34,880 nt of DNA from Catajapyx aquilonaris (Eukaryota): positions 1 to 34,880 of the forward strand of contig KZ539054.1 in NCBI GenBank assembly GCA_000934665.2. The letters run 5' to 3'. The notes below the pieces were generated by a model. That model saw nothing but the letters and a program-made list of their open reading frames with translations, was not told where the DNA came from and searched no databases. Shown piece by piece: positions 22,525-33,735 of the stretch. Made by a program: the position numbers and the translations under genes. Numbering within the stretch: the stretch's first letter is position 1; each line of letters opens with the position of its first letter.

Positions 22525-25469
22525 GTCTCACAGTCATCCATACCCCCCTCGCGTTCTTCGCTTCTGCATTTGTTATATTTAAAATCATGGTTGCTACAGT
22601 CTACAGGTTTAATGGATGGAATAGTGCAGTAAACCGGTATACTGAGACTGTCTTCTGAAAATGAAATTTAAAAATGTCAATGCAGTATGACATTAAGATT
22701 GATCCTTCAAATTCCCATGTCACTCGCTAGACAATTCAAACTCCTCATATCTGATGGATAGCGGCTGAATTATAGTGTGTGTAATGTGCAAATTTACATT
22801 GAGATATTATTCATTCACTCAGAAATGTTTATGGCTTTATCAAGCCATTACATAGCCATATAGAAAACGCATCATATTTTGGACTATACTGAACTTAAAT
22901 AGAACAAAATTCTGAACCCTTTTTGCAGTTTCATCTAATCATGATTAATGAAGAAATGTGTTTGCTGCGTATTTCCTGTTGTAGATTATTCCTGCATAAG
23001 GCCATGAATGTCTGAGATAAGCAATAAATAATCTGAAATTATCATTCGGGTGGTCGCAATAATTTGTGTACTCGGGAGATAGGCCTACAGTATCTTATAA
23101 GCAAACAAGCAGCTTATTCAAGTATGCTGACATCCTGTCTACTCTAAACATTCACTAAGGGGAATCCTTTCCGTAGCTCATGACCAGCGATGGCGCGTAC
23201 GGGTCGCGGGGACCGGAGCCCAAGTCAGGCGCGGGGCCCTTTCAATCGGGGGGAGGCAAAAATTCAGGGGCCCCACCAAAGTCCTATACATTATTCGCTC
23301 GAATTTGCACCGTTTTTGCGGAGGCAGAGAGAAGAATATGAATTTTTATGGCCTTGCGGGTAGTTATGAATTTTTTTTCGAAAGTAAGTGGTCAAGCATG
23401 AAAAGAAATTTCCTTTTAAACTGTAAATGGTTCCAACATTTTCGCCGCGGGCTATGGCTTTACAATCGACTTATTTATGATCGTTTAATTGTAGTTAAGA
23501 CAGAACCAACACCCAGTAAGGAGGTAGGAAAATGGGAGACGCTGCGAAGTAATGTGCTGTATTGGTAAATATTGCAAATAAATGCGGGAATTGATGGGCT
23601 GCATGGCCTTGAGAAATTTTCGGAAAATACTTCTCTTAGTTATCGTGCTGGAAGTAATGCCCATACAGTCTCTGGCATTGAAATCGACGAATTTTTTTGC
23701 ATCGTAAATAGACAGGATACCTGGGTTTTTCTTGTCTTAATTACAACATTATTAAACGATCATAAATAACACGATTATAAAGCCAGAGGCCGAAGTGAAA
23801 ATGTTGGAACCATCGAAATTTGACACTCCGATAAAAAGTAGCGAATTATAGTGAATGGGACCATTCTTATAGATAATCATGTTACACGTATTTAGACAAG
23901 GTCTCTAATGAAACTTTGCATAGATATTTTGGATTTTTCATTCGTGAGATATTTGCAGTCATACACGGTCCAATTTAAAAAATTAATATACTGTAGTATA
24001 GGAGGCAGATTCGGCGGCTGCGTAAGCGAAAATCAAAGACACAAACAGCCTGAGCGGGGCCCCTGCAAATTTCGGGGCCCAGAGAGTGGGGCTGCGTCTT
24101 TGACTCGAAGGACCAGCCATTGTTCGTAGCGCCACAATGACAATTCCACATTATACAGAAGCGTATATACCTTTATCACAAGAGCCCCCGCGCAACTTTA
24201 AATAAATTTCCTGATAATTGAACTTATAGGGGCCCCGCGTCATTGTAGCAGTTGGAATCTCGAAATTTATGTCAAGGTTCTTGTTAATTGACGTCGAAAA
24301 TACACGTTAATTTCATAACAATCGTACCTGTAAAAAGGTACACATGTTACAATTCCAAGAGGACCCCCGCTGCTCGCGGGACCCGGGATGCCCCCCCCCC
24401 CCCCCCCNCCCCCCCCCCCCACATGTTCCGGCGCTGCTCATGACCTTAGCCCAGCACCGGCAATAAATTAAGTAAATATTTCTAAATATAGTTCCTTATG
24501 AGACAAACTTGATGACCCTCTTGATGCCGGTCCAGCGGTAATATTAATATTGTTACTGGCCCGACAGACAACTGTCCAGCTCTGTACACATTTGTGATAT
24601 GTTCATCATCATTCATTTCAGAATGGTGAAGCAAGAAGTGAGTCCCTCCGGTGATGCAGACTCTCCATCGGCGGCGTATCTATCATCTTCTCCTCCAAGT
24701 TCTCAGGGTCCCCCTACCCCTCCTTCGACCCCACAGGCCTCGGACATGAAAGCCGGAGCAGGAGGAGGAGGAGGACCCGCATTTAGAAGCGAGCCAACAG
24801 CAGGTCAGTGCAGGCACTGCAAATAGGGCAGTTGCCCCAACGGCGAATTTTAAGACGGCCAAGATCAACTAGCTAAGTAGTAAAAAAATTCAACTTGAAA
24901 ATATCAACTATTTAGTAAATTGTAACCTGATCATATTCATACTTCTCAGAGGTGCTTTAATTTTCAAATCATATCCGGATGTTTGTGTTTGTGAAGGGGG
25001 GGGGGGGGATAATGTAACTACCTAATTTCGCCAATTCAAATCGTCACGTCGTGCTTATACAGCCATGGTGTGCGGCATCCCCCGGCTGGATGAAAGCCTG
25101 ACCGACCTGGAAACTATGGAGCTGGAGCAATACCTCCACGATCCAGACGCTGCCACCACTTCATCCACTTCTTCATCATCCTCCACCTCTTCAGCCAGCA
25201 CTGCGCCCAGTTGGCGACTACTGCCCACCGACGCCCTGGAGCTGGACCTGGGCCCATGTCCCCTCAGTTACCATGAGATGCAGCCACGTCTATCGCCCAA
25301 CTCCACGCCCTACTATACTTATGGGCAGTATGGCATCCCTAACAGCCAGCCCGCCCCGGGGCCGACCCCACCGACCACAATGGCCCCTCCGACAGCCCCA
25401 CCGGTGTACCCGTACTTCCCCCAGAAGGTTGCGTATGGCAACCTGGAGCCATGGCCTGGTTACGCCTAG
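16673..25469 (+). CDS. SoxE: SoxE-group HMG-box transcription factor (Sox8/9/10, Sox100B-like); spliced CDS join(16673..16797,18395..18541,22081..22266,24622..24803,25063..25469), 1047 nt, 348 aa
   Basis: Five exons join in frame across GT-AG introns (phases 2,2,2,1). The product has the SoxE dimerization motif [19 protein letters not shown], a SoxE-type HMG box ([77 protein letters not shown]), [10 protein letters not shown] and ELEQYL motifs, and a TAG stop at 25467-25469. Confidence 0.95.
17186..17864. mobile_element. Tc1/mariner-type MITE in SoxE intron 1
   Basis: TIRs CAGGGTGGTGCAAAATTGTCG / CGACTATTCTGAACCACCCTG (18 of 21), TA flanks, plus an internal ~38-bp inverted repeat at ~17251-17288 and ~17476-17514. 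Confidence 0.8.
18205..18274 (+). pseudogene. tRNA-like cloverleaf (pseudo-tRNA or SINE head) in SoxE intron 1
   Basis: GTCTCCG TA GCTC AGTGGCA GAGC A ACACT CTTCCTG AGTGT GGC CCAGG TTCGATT CCTGG CGGGGGC A: all four stems pair; nominal anticodon TCC, but T at position 37, a 3-nt variable loop and no resemblance to canonical tRNA-Gly; followed by TTTT at 18278-18281. Confidence 0.7.
18395..18541 (+). CDS. SoxE: SoxE coding exon 2 (N-terminal half of HMG box)
   Basis: Acceptor tttcgtccctttag|[50 protein letters not shown]; donor AG|GTCAGT at the intron position typical of SoxE HMG boxes. Confidence 0.97.
19867..20553. mobile_element. PIF/Harbinger-type non-autonomous element in SoxE intron 2
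   Basis: Perfect 17-bp TIR AGGTGCGTTCACATATA / TATATGTGAACGCACCT, 3-bp TSD TCA on both sides, GC-rich interior. Confidence 0.8.
21078..21336. mobile_element. hAT-type MITE in SoxE intron 2
   Basis: TIRs CAGTGGTTTTCAACC / GGTTGGAAACCACTG (14 of 15), 8-bp TSD TTTTATCC / TTTTAGCC, internal GCGACCC motifs. Confidence 0.85.
22081..22266 (+). CDS. SoxE: SoxE coding exon 3 (C-terminal half of HMG box and Gly/Ser linker)
   Basis: Acceptor tttttctcattag|[63 protein letters not shown]; donor AG|GTAAGA. Confidence 0.97.
22475..22524. repeat. (ATT)n microsatellite in SoxE intron 3
   Basis: About 16 uninterrupted ATT units. Confidence 0.95.
23185..24436. mobile_element. hAT-type non-autonomous element in SoxE intron 3
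   Basis: Perfect 8-bp TSD CTCATGAC (23177-23184, 24437-24444), termini CAGCG...CGCTG, repeated subterminal GGGGCCC/GCGGGG motifs at both ends. Confidence 0.75.
24622..24803 (+). CDS. SoxE: SoxE coding exon 4
   Basis: Acceptor ttcatttcag|A keeps the frame; [70 protein letters not shown] resembles vertebrate SoxE QGPPTPPTTP; donor G|GTCAGT. Confidence 0.9.
25063..25469 (+). CDS. SoxE: SoxE coding exon 5 (transactivation region, stop codon)
   Basis: Acceptor cttatacag|CC completes the phase-1 codon; contains [11 protein letters not shown] (cf. SoxE EFDQYL motif) and a Pro/Tyr-rich C-terminus; matches ORF 25065..25469. Confidence 0.88.
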
Positions 25470-26454
25470 ATAGTGAAGTTGGTAGACCTGATCACTGGGC
25501 GCGGGTCAGAGGTCACAGCACCGACGGATCCGGTTTCTAGCTCGTGGCTGGCTTCTGTCAAGACGCGTCCAACATTGAGCAGAACCCCCTTAAAAAAACA
25601 CTATGGGTAGGAGAGGGGCAGGGGGGTGAAAAACGTTCAAGAGTATAACCCTGGCGCAGTTGCCAATATGTGCCATTTTTGCGTAAAGTGCCTTGTGGTA
25701 TAATGAATTCATTCTTAAAATAGTGACGTCATAATGGGCAATGATTGTTAACAATATGGGGATGTCAGTACTATTTTCAGACTGAATACATTTTTATGTT
25801 TTCTTATGGGGCGTGTGCAAAATGCAGATATAAATCTCATTGTACATAATATTTGGAGCTAAAGTGACGCTTTTACTAGCCTATTACAATTGCTATTTGG
25901 AATGTACTGTACATTTTTCAGAGTCAGTCTAACTGCGCATGTATGTCACTGCAGCGTTATGGGGAACAATTTACTGAATTTTCCAGACAGTTATGAAGTG
26001 GACTCTATGATTGTGAATTTGTGCCGCCTTTAGCCTTTTGCGAGTCTTTAGGTGTAAGTTAACAAATCAAGATTATTTTACAAACTGTGTTTTGAAGAGA
26101 AAAAAAACACTCTTGCTCCAAAAATTGGCCCTTCACAGACAATCAGTTAAGGTGTAGGTTACAATATTCTTTCTGAACTATGACCTGTCTTCCAGTGCAT
26201 TTACATGTTTATGACAGACCAAAATGTGTAATAATCAGAAACGGCAACATGTGGAGGTCAGGCCGGCAATGTATCTGTCAGCGACCTTCGTTTGTCCCCA
26301 TAGGAACCAAAGTGTTCTGTGTGTAGGGGGGGGGAGACGTGTCATTAAAATCCACGTTTGTTTACGACCCTACAGAGTGAGGCTGTACCCTTAATATCCT
26401 TTCCCCAAGTTTAAAAAAAAATAACCGAGAAAGAAATCCCAATTTGTAAATGGA

Positions 26455-26464
26455 ATTAAATAAA
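26455..26464 (+). promoter_or_regulatory. Candidate SoxE polyadenylation signal
   Basis: Overlapping ATTAAA/AATAAA about 1 kb after the stop codon, followed by a T-rich stretch (~26482-26495); no transcript evidence. Confidence 0.4.
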
Positions 26465-29149
26465 TAGATTTTGGATGTACCCTTGCTTTTATTTTGACGG
26501 AAATATACCCTTACGACCTGCTAAGTTGACCAGATTTATTTTTATTTTTGACCCAGACCGCTCCCAGTTGAGATGGGCGCCTTCCTGGAAGGAGCGGCCA
26601 TGTTGGGCAAACACAGGAGCGGCCGAGGTCAAGTCACTAGTCAGGTGCAGGGTGGCAGAAAAGGCTTCTGGCTTCTGCCTCGATCCTCTCTGTTTCTTTT
26701 TTTTCTGCACTGAAGATACCATCTTCATTTTGGTCCCCCCCCCCCCCCCCNCCTCGATCTTAAATGGTTGCTTCTCCAGTCTTTTCCCTTCATTTTCTGG
26801 CCGGGGGTTATTTTTTTGAGAAGAGTTGGAGGGGAAAAAATGGGACAGGAAGTGCTATCATCGGGGTCCAATGTAAGGACGGGATACAAACCAGGGACTT
26901 TGGTCTCGCGTAGGTCATCGACAAAGGCCGACGCTCACATTTTTGGGAGATGTTTCGGGGAAACTTTATCGTGGGGGCCATTCATGCTACAAGCGGCTCA
27001 TCTTGCCTCATTCAGACAGCCACGTGCAGTCTTCACCACTATATAACAAGATGAAGAGTCAAGTTTCACACTCAACTATGCAGCACTTCCCTGATAGAAT
27101 AGCGTTTGACAAATAAACTGATGGTTGCAAATTGCTCCTCGGATTTTGGACAAAAAATGGCGGAATGGCACGCCAGCACGTGTCTAGGCCTAATCCATCA
27201 GAAAAAAAGTAAGATAACCACTGATTATGCATTAATAAAATTTCATTTGAACTTAGCATACTGCACATATGGTGGCGGGTTTAATGTATGTACACCAGTC
27301 AGTAGCATTTTTACTGCTCTATCGCCTAGTGACACTTATTTACATAATGAGCCATCATGCCAAGATTTTCTGTCTTCACTAGCATGTTAGCATTGATAGA
27401 TTACCTCAAAACTGGTTTTTCGAACTTGATGGATCCTGTACTGTACGTCCACGATATGTACCATTGAAATAATGAGAGTGGTGCAGACATGTGAGTCATG
27501 AGACATATCCTTCCACGTATTTTTGAGCATGGTCGAAGCTGAAAGATGACCTAACCTTTCCACCCGTAAGGCCACCGGCACCCCTTCCAGATGATTAAAG
27601 CGGGCAACCCAACACCAGCGGTGACGTAGCGGCCAATTTCTGGCTGCTTCCTGTGTAGGCCAAAGGTCAGTTTACTTTGGACTGAAGGATGAGCAAGAGA
27701 CTGGTGTCGGCGCCTGTGGGACGCTTCCGACCAACCCATCCCTTCCGCGGTGCAAAATCATCCCTGGCCATAAACACGTGTCTGAAAAACGACCGATTAT
27801 GCTTCCAGTGCCCTTCACTCCGCTCTGCTGGTTATTAGCTCGTCCATAACAAAATCTTGGAGTGTTTGGGGTGCGCTATGACATATCAGATTGGTTGAAA
27901 ATAGTATTCAGAAAGGTATGATTTCAAATCTTGTAGGCCTGCTTGTGTCCTAATGCCTGCCTAATATTGTTTTCAACAATAATTAATTAAATCTGACATT
28001 TTAATTATTCGACCTGACACGGCACTTTATCCTGGCACATTATCACTTGGATGCAAATTACACAACTGTTACCAAGAGGCATGTCTTACCAAATATTAAT
28101 ATTATTGTTAATAATAAACTTTTATAGGACACTCGGTGGGGTTACAGATAGACAACTCAGAAAGGATATTTAAAATGTGCACATTTCTGGAAATATCAAA
28201 CCTGAAAATTCCAAAATAGCAACTTTCAAGCTTTCACGCGGAAAACTTTCAGAGTTTCAGTTTTCAACCAACAAGGGTTGTAACATATTTTTGTTTCTCC
28301 AATATACAGACTAGTGGAATAAATCTAAATTTATTCAATGTACCCTTGGCTACAACATACAGGATTACTAAATGTCACGGAACCTGCCACAGTAACGCCT
28401 GACGTTTCGATGTAGGAGCGGTAATTTTGATTGATTGTGGCGTGTTGATCAGAGCAGCGCGCTCTCATTGTTATATCCTTACTCGGATGGTGGTAACAAA
28501 TGGTGCTCTTGTTACACCTGCATTTCCAGTGCTGGCTCTAACTCTCCAACTGGCAGAACTTTTTGTTGTGATGGACGCCTCACTTAAAGTGACGTTTTTG
28601 ACAATGTTGGCATCCCACATCAACATGGTTGTTTAGTGCTTTTGTCATCAGCACTGAGGTGACAGCAATATCTCTGTGATAAAGGCACCAACTTTTACCA
28701 AGCTTCAAGGTTTGTCACAAAGCCTGGAGCAATTTCCAGAGAGTTTTCTTTAGTATTACTTACATGCCATTTATGGTCAGTTGCTTGGGGCCAGCAACTA
28801 CAAGTGATCTAACTAGGAAAAACCAGTTTAACAAAATAATATATATATATAGTATATACGAATATACCGCTGGTGGTGAAACGAGGGTGTACGGGCATCT
28901 CAGTGTTACATTTTTTAAAACCACTAGTTTATTCTCCTGGTTATTAGTTTGATTAATACAAGTATTAGCCAGAAATTAATATCAGGAGAAATAATTTTTT
29001 ATATATACCCCGAGGCATATCAACTTTTAACCACATTTGCAGATACACACAGGACATCAGTATCCATCTAATTCTGATATTAACCAGCAAGGAATGGGGG
29101 GAAATTATATTCATAATTTACCCATTAGACATCTCCTTCTTGGACCCCA

Positions 29150-29900
29150 ATATTGTGCAGCCACAACTCTGACAATGTTGACCCAAGAATTCCCCAGTTT
29201 AATTCACTGTCTAAGATGAATGGCTGGGAACCACTTCTTCAGAACACCAAAGGCCCTCTCCACTATACATTTCATGTACTATAATGAGACTTGTATCCTA
29301 TCTCTATCTGGGGCACTCTGTGGAAGTCTGATGGGGGTCAGCCAGTACCGATTTATTATAGCTGTAGTACCCCCAAATCATCCAGTCGAATTCCCTTTAG
29401 TTCATTCTTGTTCACCCTCTCCTTTATCCTGGATTCATTGAAAATGCAGTAGCCACGAGCACTGCCAAGACATGCTGATGCCACAAAGTTCATACTCACC
29501 CATGCGTTCCTTACCACCTGTATGTTTAACGCATAAAATCACTTCCTGCAGGACTACTGACTCTCCAAGACCTCCAGGGTTGGCAGTCTTGGCACTTTTG
29601 ACGAGTGTTCCATCAACTGCTCCAATCATGCCAGGGTATATCTATGGTCAGCCAGGGCATGGAATTCAAACATGATTATTTTGACGCAGACCACAGCAGC
29701 GTCGCGTCGCGTCGGTGGGGTGTGGGGAACTAATGTATAGTAGGGCAGTTCTTCCGGCGATGGAGCATGAACCCTTTGACAGGTTGTGGATGTAACATAC
29801 ACCCGCTGGAAATTTGCAACTGCATAAATCCTGCATAAAAACCTCAGCGTAACAAGGACTTGCAGTTCTACACTTACTGTCTTCCTCTTCCTGATCTATG
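29150..29900 (-). pseudogene. Decayed PIF/Harbinger (HARBI1-like, DDE_Tnp_4) transposase
   Basis: Minus-strand translation across frameshifts and stops gives, in the expected order: SVELQVLVTLRF (~29840-29874), PGMIGAVDGTLV (~29600-29635), GSARGYCIFNESRIKER...KGIRLDDLG, YWLTPIRLP and IVERAFGVLKKWFPA (~29223-29266), matching Harbinger motifs GAIDGTH, GSxHDxxIF, LGDSGY, LxTP and VERAFGxLKxRF. Boundaries approximate. Confidence 0.85.
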
Positions 29901-31775
29901 GATGTGCAAAACAAATTTTAATATCATTTTTGCAGTTTCTTGGTGTTACAGTGTGTGTAATACATCAAGTGATAAAAGTTGTACAGATGTTGGTACCTAC
30001 GCATCATGAACATGTAATATTGTGAAAATATTCAGTACCTGTTTATGTTCACATTCCCTCCCACCTGAGGCCCCTAAGTTACTTTGGCAATCCGAACACC
30101 TGAAAACTAAAAATAATAGCAGCACAAACCATGGTCATTAATGGAACGCGGATGAATTTTGTATATTTTCATGACATTGTGTTGTATATGTAGTTACATT
30201 TTTGACTCGTTACAAAAACTGAGGGTTTCCGAAAGGGTAAGTTTTTTGGGGGGTAGTCAATCCCCTCAGTGACCTGTCCGAAGACCTGTCGATGTCGTGG
30301 CGTTTGGAATCACCTCATCGTCGAGGACTGTGCCCGCTTCACTGCCAATAACAGCCTTCAATGGAACTCGGCGTGGTCTGGCATCTGCAGGAGCTGGGGA
30401 CTCATATAGCTACTGCTTGATGTGATCTGCCATGCCGCAGCCTTCCCTTTGTTCTGCTATGCATAAAAGGCAAAAGTGAAACAATTTGTGGAAAGGATAT
30501 TCAAGATATAAATTAATAATGAGTCACATTTTGCTACTTAAAATTTAACCCATTGCTTTTAGAACATGCCTGCTATGGCCTCCATCAGGAGGCGTCGCGT
30601 CGGTACGGGACACGCCGGAAGTCTTGCATGATGGCAGACGACTATATGCCTTGCAACCCATGAGACTCGGGGTAGGGGTGAGTTTGAAGGTAGGTGTAGA
30701 CTTCAGAATCTGAATTCGCTTATTCGGGCTGCACTTGGGCGATGCCTGTGACCTCTTAGGGGACATCTTAGGGTCTTGGGGAATTGGGACTTGAATGGAT
30801 TGGGGCACTTTTGAGAAGAGGTGTGGTCAGTGGTCAGGGTATCTGAGGCTTTGGAATACGTATATGCTGTTGATCCTGGCTACGTCAGGTGGTTGGCCCT
30901 AGATATGTCTGTTGGGGTCGTAACTATGTACAGTGCAGATCGCCTAGAGAAGAGAGATCCCTGAATGCAACTAGATGGCCCAGAGATGGCCAGTGTATTG
31001 AGTGCTGTTGCCTACCCTTGCAGTGACTCCTGCGAATGTTGGGATAAATCAAGGAAGGAATCTTCGGATGGGTGCCCCTGGCCTTAACCAGGACCAACAA
31101 CAGTCTTGTTGTTCTACACATTGTAATAACTTGTGGAAATTCTGTAATGCTTGTTATTCCTTTTAATATCATTTTTTTGTATGCCATATTATTGGATAAT
31201 GATTTCACAGCAATTGATATTTTCCATAACTGAAATGACAATGCTGAACAATAAGACCTCCGTTTCACTTTTTGTCAAAAATGAGTTACATACGTATCTC
31301 AGAATATATGCCTATAGTACTGTATAGTTTCACTAGCGTAGAATATGATGGTTTGGTCGTGGTTGTGGATTAATGAGCATAGATCACTATGGAAGGCTCC
31401 GAAAGTGGGATTTACAATAGAACCTTATGGGCCTTCGAAATTTAAAATGGGAATATCTCAGTTTCACCTGAGGTGGACCTTGATCGTTCTTCCCCCCGAG
31501 GTCTTCATATAAGTGAAGAGTCCAGGGGAAAAAGGGGGAATGTCAAATTCCATTGGGGTTCCTGCCAAGTGCACAGTACAATAGTAGCGTAGGAGCCACT
31601 TATACCTGGAGGCTTTCCATGGATACAAGGGGGACAGTTGCATATAATGACGTGAAGATATCCCTATTATTCCTTATACACGTGAAGAAATAAAGCAATT
31701 TCTTCGATTTCTCACGAACATTTTTTGTGTGACATTCCCCCTTTTTCCCCTGGACTCTTCAAGTGTTCCGAACAA

Positions 31776-32117
31776 GGGAGGCGAAGTCGCTCTGCGGTGA
31801 AGTACGCGCCCACGGATGTTACGGTCCCGGGATCAAATCCCGCCCGGGGACATCCCCTTCATCTCGTGCAGAGTTCTGGGTCACCTCTGGCTTCGTCTCG
31901 GGTGGTATTTCCAATAGACTAAACCACCCGGGGGAGTTCACTAAAAATGGTCACACAAGGACATTGCACTGCACCTTGCACATCTCCTGTCATCCTGCCC
32001 GTGGGCCCGGGCGTTTCAATAAATAGGGCCGAAATGTACCCTTCTATTTAAATAAAGGTCTGTGCGATATGCCCCCAGGTGCGGGCGAAAGCACATTACC
32101 CCAGCAGCAGCATATAA
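31776..32117 (+). mobile_element. tRNA-derived SINE (copy D)
   Basis: Degenerate B box GGATCAAATCC; ~250-bp similarity to the copy at 34438; short (CAG)n near the tail; 11-bp TSD GTTCCGAACAA at 31765-31775 and 32118-32128. Confidence 0.85.
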
Positions 32118-32752
32118 GTTCCGAACAAATAACACCATGCAACAAAAATCAAACATGCATGTTACGCAGCATGAGATTCAAGACTCGTCAGAAACCCTGC
32201 AAAAGATACTCGCAGGAAAAGTTAAAACGCCATCTTGAGCTTGGCGGCCATTTTTTTATCAATGTGACGAAAGAGAGAAGATCGTCCTTCCTTTGTCAAT
32301 GTGGGCAAAGGTCGTCGTGAACGTTTACGTATAATTTTCTATAGCTCCTGCCACCTTGTGCTACATATTAGAAGCAATTCCGCACTTGCCTCATTGTCGC
32401 ACTTACCCCAACTTACCCTATATCAGGATATATTTCCCATGTAACAAGTAGCTATCAAGAGCAAACCTACATATTGTAATAATTAACACTTAATGGACAT
32501 GATGTGCGCCTGTAGCCTATATGGCCAGAATTAGTCATGAAGTGCACATAACTGAGGTTCAAGGGCACCGATGTAGAATGGAAAATGAGGAGAAAATAAG
32601 TGGAGGGGGGGGGGGTCATTTCTCAATAAATATAATATAATTTTTCACGTAGGCAAAAATTTTAATGGGTATAAGCTTGTTTTCTTGGCATTTTCCCATT
32701 TTAGACTAAACCCCCCTGTGACTGTGTTTAGCACTATCAACTTTATGCCCAC

Positions 32753-33735
32753 ACTTGCAGGTGACCCGGCGTTGCCAGGGTGTGTTTATAAAATAATGTA
32801 TCCATATTAGGAAGTTTGTTTGTAAAATTTGCGCAAAATTTGCAAAATAGGGTCGCCAGCATGTTCTTAAGGGTCTTGGGAAGGCCAGGAAAATAAAACC
32901 AAAAAGATAGAAAGAAAAAAGGAAAAATAGGGCGAAGAAATGAATAAGCACTGTAGGTTACGTAGTGGAACGTTTTGATTCTAAATTTTTAGGAGAAAAC
33001 CGGGACTGGCGGGGAAGGGGAGGGGGGTCATACGGGTAGTCAGGTCGAGGAAAGGTCTGAGGTGGCCAGTCATGCCTCGGTTAGCGGAGTCGACGCATAT
33101 AATAATTCCGATAGGATGTGTTTTACAAATGAATGGTGGATAGACCCAGGAAGTTTTTTTCTCTTCTTATTTTTAAATTTTTCCTTCAAAATATCTTTCC
33201 CCCTCCACCTCGTCCCCTACGTTTGCCCTGAAGAAATGTGCCTATGATGCCTATGTGGAAAATTTTGTATTTAACATGGGTAACGTTGCATGTCGGGTTT
33301 CATTTATGTCTGGCAAGTCTACTTACAAATCCGACGAAATTCCGTGCGGTTTTTTTCCTGGCATGACTAACGATACGAATTCATGTCAGGTGGCCATCGT
33401 GCCTCGGTTAGCGTATATAGTTGACGGATGTGTTGAATTGGAGGACATGTTTTTTTTAATAAAAAAAAACGTGAGACATCGATATGAATGGTGGTATTTC
33501 CATCATGGGAACTTGATAACTGGAACATTGTTGAAGTGATATTGTGTTTAACCAGGGAGCATATACTACATGTAGTATATGCTCCCTGGTTTAACTTTAT
33601 ATTGATATGTATTGTTAAGTGGTTTATTGTTNTAGGCCCCCCCCCCCCCCCCCCTGGATTTCTATAGCGAACAAACAAACTCACTCACCCACACAAACTC
33701 ACCAACATCCTAAAGGGAAGAATCATTATTAAGAA
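32753..33735 (-). mobile_element. Possible Helitron-like non-autonomous element
   Basis: ACTTGCAGGTGACCCGGCGTTGCCAGGG at 32753-32780 resembles a reversed Helitron 3' end (CTRR plus hairpin); (AAAC)n/(CACT)n tract near 33670-33700; internal ~35-bp direct repeat. 5' boundary uncertain. Confidence 0.4.

Noticed and set aside
25904..25911. GTACTGTA miR-101 8-mer (a reported vertebrate SOX9 regulator)
   Set aside because: miR-101 is not known as a general invertebrate miRNA and this looks like a non-vertebrate genome; likely chance.
27550..27790. Minus-strand exon (TTTTCAG…AG|GTTAGG)
   Set aside because: All three frames contain stops between the putative splice sites; no homology recognised.
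30545..31268. Ser/Pro-rich minus-strand ORFs
   Set aside because: Low-complexity, broken by stops, no domain recognised.
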